A stretch of DNA of 64,000 nt, from assembly GCA_013239625.1 (NCBI GenBank), contig MU056262.1, positions 8,594,134 through 8,658,133 of the forward strand. The letters run 5' to 3'. This stretch comes from Lama guanicoe. Lineage: Eukaryota. The translations under genes were made by a program, and so were the position numbers. Below, one piece after another: positions 59,701-64,000 of the stretch (positions are counted from its first letter, which is position 1; the number at the start of each line of letters is the position of its first letter). Under the pieces are notes generated by a model. That model had not been told where the DNA came from. It made no database searches and was given only the letters and a program-made list of their open reading frames with translations.

Positions 59701-62700
59701 CTCCCAAAGAGACCTCTCTATCAGAAGAAAAAAGGGCTCAGTTCATCACCAGAGCACCCAGTCTTACCCTTAAGAATCCCCTGGGAACCCCTCCAGTTGT
59801 TCCCTGTCCCAGAAGGTCAGGTTCACACTTTAGCCCCTTTGCCACATCTGCTCCTGAGGGGTAAATTGAGGCTGGAGTAGGGAGGGGCAAGATCATGAAA
59901 CATGTGCCCCCTCTGTTCCACTCTAATCTTTAGCCACAGCTGGGGAAACAAAGTTGCTGGTAATGAATAGATTTCTAGGGCTATCTCTGCTGCTAGGAGC
60001 AGGGGGTTCCTCTGGCCTTTACAACATGGTAAGAGCAGCACTCAGTTCCCTCTGCCCAAAGCCCAGGGAGCAAGAAATCTGTGCTATCCCAGATGTGGCA
60101 GGGCCTTTGGATACCAGGCAGAGGCTCCTGAAGCAGGCCTAGAAAGGCAAAAGATAGCAGGGAGGTGGGGCTGGGCAGCTCTGGGTAAAGAGGTGAGATG
60201 CAAGGCCAGAAGGCCAGGCTCTCCCCTAGGGCAGGGGCAGGTCCATGGGCTGAGTGAGGCTCCTGCACGAAGAGGAGACAGATACTCCTGAGTTCCCCTG
60301 GGGACACCACACATGGCCCAAGGCACTGCCAGGACAACCATGCCACCCCCCACCCCCATCCCCCAGGGCCAGGAGATGAGTCAGAGGCTGTGGCCAGGAG
60401 CTTCCTCCTAGACTGGGAGGAAATGAGCAAGGCCTTCTCAGACCTGAAAGCTCTGAGTCGTTTAAAAAGGAAGCCCCAGGGGAACTCTAGAGACTAGCCC
60501 CAGCCCAATGGGGTGTGTGGGGTGGAGCCCCAGAGAGAAAGTGGGCTGGGCCTCTGTACATTCCCAGGGAACAGGCAGGGTCTGCAGGGATGATGGGGGT
60601 CAGCGCCCAGAGTGGGAGGGCAGAGGTCACTTGGCTGTGTCCTGTTGCCCCTCTGGACAACTGGGCAGAAGATGAGACAGTGAGTAGAGAACCCCTCCTT
60701 ATTTCTTCTCTACAGCCTGAGATGGGGATGCCTAGGTTTCTGGGCTACCTTGCCCCTCTAGAGGGCTGTGGAGGCAGGCCTGAGTCATGTCTGAGCCCCT
60801 GGGGCACCCACTTATAGGACTAGAGGAGGAACCAGCTACTGATATTTCTTACAAGAAGGGGTCCTGCTCCCCCTCCCTCAGCTCTCTGATGTCCCTGCCC
60901 CTACCCTATTCTCAGCCCTTCTTCCTCCAGGCTTCTATTCTGGGGCTGTGGTCATAGTTTATATTTGGGATGAGCACAACACAGTGCATCTGACCATTCC
61001 TGGCAGAGCTGCCAACCCCAGGGAGTCCTGGCTCCAGGCACAGTGGTAACCCAGTGTCTGCCGCTATATCCTGACTGTGGGGAATATGGCAGTCCTCAGG
61101 TACACCAGGTGGGAGATCCTGAAAGTGAGAACAGGAAGGACCAAGTTGGAGGGGTGGGGCGGACTTAACATATCTGAACTCAGTAGTGCCCTCAGCTAGG
61201 GAGCAGAGAACAGAGGACAGAGCACCTGGTGAGGGGTGGTGGTGGTAGGTCTCTACATGAGGGGGAGAGATAAGGGGTAGTTCTGAGCCTTTCCTGTAGC
61301 TGACGTCCCAAACCTGCCCCTCATTGGGAAGAGGAATGTTAGCGCTAAATCCTGTCCCTCAGTGGTGGGTGGGAGAAAAACTATATTCTCTGTAGTGCTC
61401 CAGGTTTATTTCAGTACTAGGAGTTTTAAGAGCCTGGAGGCAGGAACCTGGCCTCAGTTCAGCACCCCTCTGTCTCCAGGTGGCCTCTAGCTGAACATGC
61501 TTCTTCTAGGTCCACTTCAGTTTGCCCTTTTGAACAGGGCAGGGCAAGGAGGGGTTGCATCAACTCTGGAGAGGGTAATATGCTGCAATCTTCAATCCTT
61601 CTCCTTGAAGCCTAGGCTCCACTCAGACACGTGCGACTCCCCAGGCCAATAGTCTTACCACCTCTCCCGCCCGCGCTGGGAGGCGTGGCTGGCCCGCAGC
61701 GCTAGGAATGCAGGCCGGGGGCCCGGGGCTTGGGGCACATTCCAGGGGAGACCCCGAGCAGGGATGGGGGACAAGTTTGCGCAACTCGGCACCCAGCTAA
61801 GCTTGGGAGCAGGGGAGGGCACCTCCATCAACTCTTTCTTGGTGCGGACTGGCTGGCGGGGCACCCCAAGGGATTGGTAGTGTGCCTCTCAGAGTTCTGG
61901 CCCGGAAACCAAGTGCTCCGGAAAGGACTGCCTGCGGGGGGCTGAGCTTGCAGATCAGGAGGGGAGGTAAGAGCCGGCCATCTGGAAAAGGGCCTCTCCC
62001 GGCACTGTGCACGAATCGGCTCTGGGGAGGAGGCAAACTAGGGTAGGCCAGCGGTTTAAAATTAGCCGGGCCCGCTCCCTCCCTTCCAGCCCTCGGCCGA
62101 TGGCGGCGGAGGCTGTACGGGACAGTGAGGCGGTGACTCAGAGGGCTTTTCCACCAGTGCAGCCTCCTGCGCTCAGCGTGTTCCGAACCTGGCCGCTTCC
62201 TGGGGACTCCCTTCACCCCGTTAAATTTCTTCTCCGCCGGCACTCCCATGCCGGGCCTCCACCTGCAGGGAAAACCCTCAATCCGGCAGGACCCAATCCA
62301 GCCTCCAGCCACCTTTAGTGGCCCGCCCCGGGTCCGCCCCTTCTCGTGGTCCCGCCCCCACCATACCTGAAGCAGGTGAAAGCTGTTCTATCCCCAGTTT
62401 CGCCTCCTAGCTCCGCTACCGCTCAAACACCTACCGCCACTTTTCCAGAGCAATTAATCGAGCAGACAGGCAGCAAGCGGACCCCGACCGCTTTCCCAGG
62501 TGGGCCTCATTTCGAGAGACAGCTGGGTGGCGCAGACCACGAGCTCCCATCTCCTTTACTCAGCTTCCCTCGACTTGAGAGGCGTCCCCCGCAAGCGGGA
62601 CAATGAGGACCTTGGATCCCCAGCCCAAAACTTCCCTGGAGGAGCGGACTCGCTCCAGTCTCTCCTCGAGGGGCGCTCAAAGGCTTTCATGACGCCGACC

Positions 62701-62944
62701 CTGAACCCTCGGTCGCCCTCAGCGTTACTCCGGCTCCCCTCACCTTGAGCGGCGCCCCCAGCAGGCGGTGCAGCGCGGGTATCTGCACGCCCAGGGGCAG
62801 CGCCCCGTCCAAGCTGCAGGTGGGGGCCCGGCGAGGCTCCGGGAAGTTGGCACATGCGAAAGGGTCGGTGTCCTCTAGGTACTGCACCCGCACGGTCACC
62901 ACTGATACTGGCTCCCTGTCCCCACGGTCTTCCCCGCCAGCCAT
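47757..62944 (-). CDS. FHOD1: FH1/FH2 domain-containing formin FHOD1 (frameshifted as assembled by a 181-bp duplication)
   Basis: Exons 62944-62744, 55703-55597, 55205-55141, 54822-54755, 54682-54577, 54500-54406, 54141-54030, 53943-53849, 53739-53596, 53469-53336, 53253-53038, [alt 52900-52877, 52495-52442], 51571-51456, 51368-50592, 50299-50144, 49925-49743, 49657-49538, 49461-49300, 48907-48717, 48623-48431, 48348-48186, 48112-47912, 47839-47757. GBD/FH3, polyproline FH1, FH2 (LAVGNFLNG) and DAD (MDLLVQSV...[16 protein letters not shown]). AATAAA (-) at 47549-47554. Confidence 0.95.
50690..51051. repeat. 181-bp tandem duplication at the FHOD1 FH1/FH2 junction
   Basis: 50690-50851 is identical to 50871-51032; the copies diverge only in the G-rich last ~19 nt. 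Confidence 0.95.
57540..57663 (+). mobile_element. tRNA-Ala-derived SINE (camelid vic-1-like)
   Basis: ggggagggtatagcacagtggtagagaacatgcttagcatgcatgagggcctgggttccatcccc plus tail. TSD aaacattcatg at 57529-57539 and 57664-57674. Confidence 0.9.
58648..58858 (-). mobile_element. 5'-truncated L1 3'-end insertion
   Basis: Reverse L1 3' UTR text (tttattaaggtatagttgatttacaatatt...gctatattccctgtgctgt). TSD cagc(t/c)cacttttct at 58634-58647 and 58859-58872. Confidence 0.8.
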
Positions 62945-64000
62945 GGCTCGGCCACTGGCTCGTGCCGCGCGCCTCCGGTGGGTCTCGGCCCCGCCGCGGA
63001 GTCTATCCAAGTAGCTCTGCTGTCTGGGCGGGGCCGGACGGGACGCCGAAGCAGAGGGGCGGAGCCAGGCGGAGGCAGGACCGAGGAAAGGGGTGGAGCC
63101 AATAGTAGTCTCCGGACGCGCGCGCGCAGGGTGGGGGGTAACCACTACCGGTGGCTGAGCTTACCGCCAGCCACTCAGAGGGCGTGATGGTGATCCCGTT
63201 AGTTCACTGGCTACTCCGGCGGGAAAACCCGAGCTCGCGCCCCTGCTTCGAGAACGCGCAGAGGGCGGGGAGGCTTTCTTCGTGTTTAGGGGCGGTTAGG
63301 CTGCGCTCTCCTGAGGGATTGTTAGGGCAAGGCAGGGTGTTAAGTTTCTTCAGATAGTGGCCAGCCAGGTCCCCCTTAGTTTAGGACGAGAATGTCCTGA
63401 TTCCTTGTGTGGATGAAGTGGATAGGCTTCCCTCTTTTGGGGAAAGGAGGGAGATGGGTCCCTTTCAGTTTGGCGCAAGAAGTAAAAACATATTACATTT
63501 AACTTGAAGAAGTGGGATCATTTACCTCTAGTTAGAGAGGCGGGTGTTCCTCATTCTGGGAAAAGGATGGGATAACTCAGTTTGAAGGAGGAGGTAGAAA
63601 ATGTTAACTGCAGTTTTGGGGAAGAACTGGGGTGGGTTGCCCCTCAGCTTCAATGAAAAGTGGAAACGGGCCTCCCCAGTTTGGGGACAGATAAACCGAA
63701 TGCCCCCTCAGGTTTGGGGAGAAAGTTGGGAGGATCCGTCTTAATTTGAAGGGAATCGATTTGCTGGGGTTACCACGGTTTAGGGAAGAAGAAACATTCC
63801 TTTCGTTGAGTCTCATGGAAAACGTGAAAAGACTTCACTATAGTTTAAGGGAAAGGGAGGCCAAGTGCTCCCTCGGTTCGGTAGATGAAGAGGAACAGCC
63901 ACCTCAGCCTGGAATGAACTGGGCCTTGCGGTTTCTGGCGACGATAGGGACAGTTGTCTCACGGCTTTCTAAACGGGCTCATTGCGCGTGCGCAGCTCTG
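62945..64000. promoter_or_regulatory. FHOD1 CpG-island promoter and divergent upstream region (SLC9A5 expected beyond the window by synteny)
   Basis: GC boxes, CCAAT at ~63099, cgcgcgcgcg, and NRF1-like tgcgcgtgcgca at ~63983. No SLC9A5 coding sequence is visible. Confidence 0.65.

Overview
This is gene-dense mammalian genomic DNA matching, from my recall, the human 16q22.1 gene order: NOL3(+), MATCAP1/KIAA0895L(-), EXOC3L1(-), E2F4(+), ELMO3(+) with antisense intronic MIR328(-), LRRC29/FBXL9(-), TMEM208(+) and FHOD1(-). The window ends in CpG-rich promoter sequence where SLC9A5 would be expected next. Four tRNA-Ala-like SINEs resembling the camelid vic-1 family suggest an alpaca or camel source (inference). 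It is a draft assembly with three N-gaps. I traced exon structures by hand; all orthologue comparisons are from memory, not alignments. Most notable: (1) LRRC29/FBXL9 is a unitary pseudogene here, with two nonsense codons, two frameshifts and a 9-bp repeat expansion, yet it keeps all splice sites and its shared promoter. (2) LRRC29 intron 2 holds a candidate nested antisense decayed gene (NRF1-like promoter tract, in-frame spliced first exon, ~460-codon stop-poor frame, polyA signal). (3) A 181-bp frameshifting tandem duplication lies in FHOD1, probably an assembly artefact. (4) E2F4 has a U12-type intron, and the Nop30 alternative frame of NOL3 is closed. No CRISPR, rRNA, functional tRNA or prokaryote-type systems were seen.
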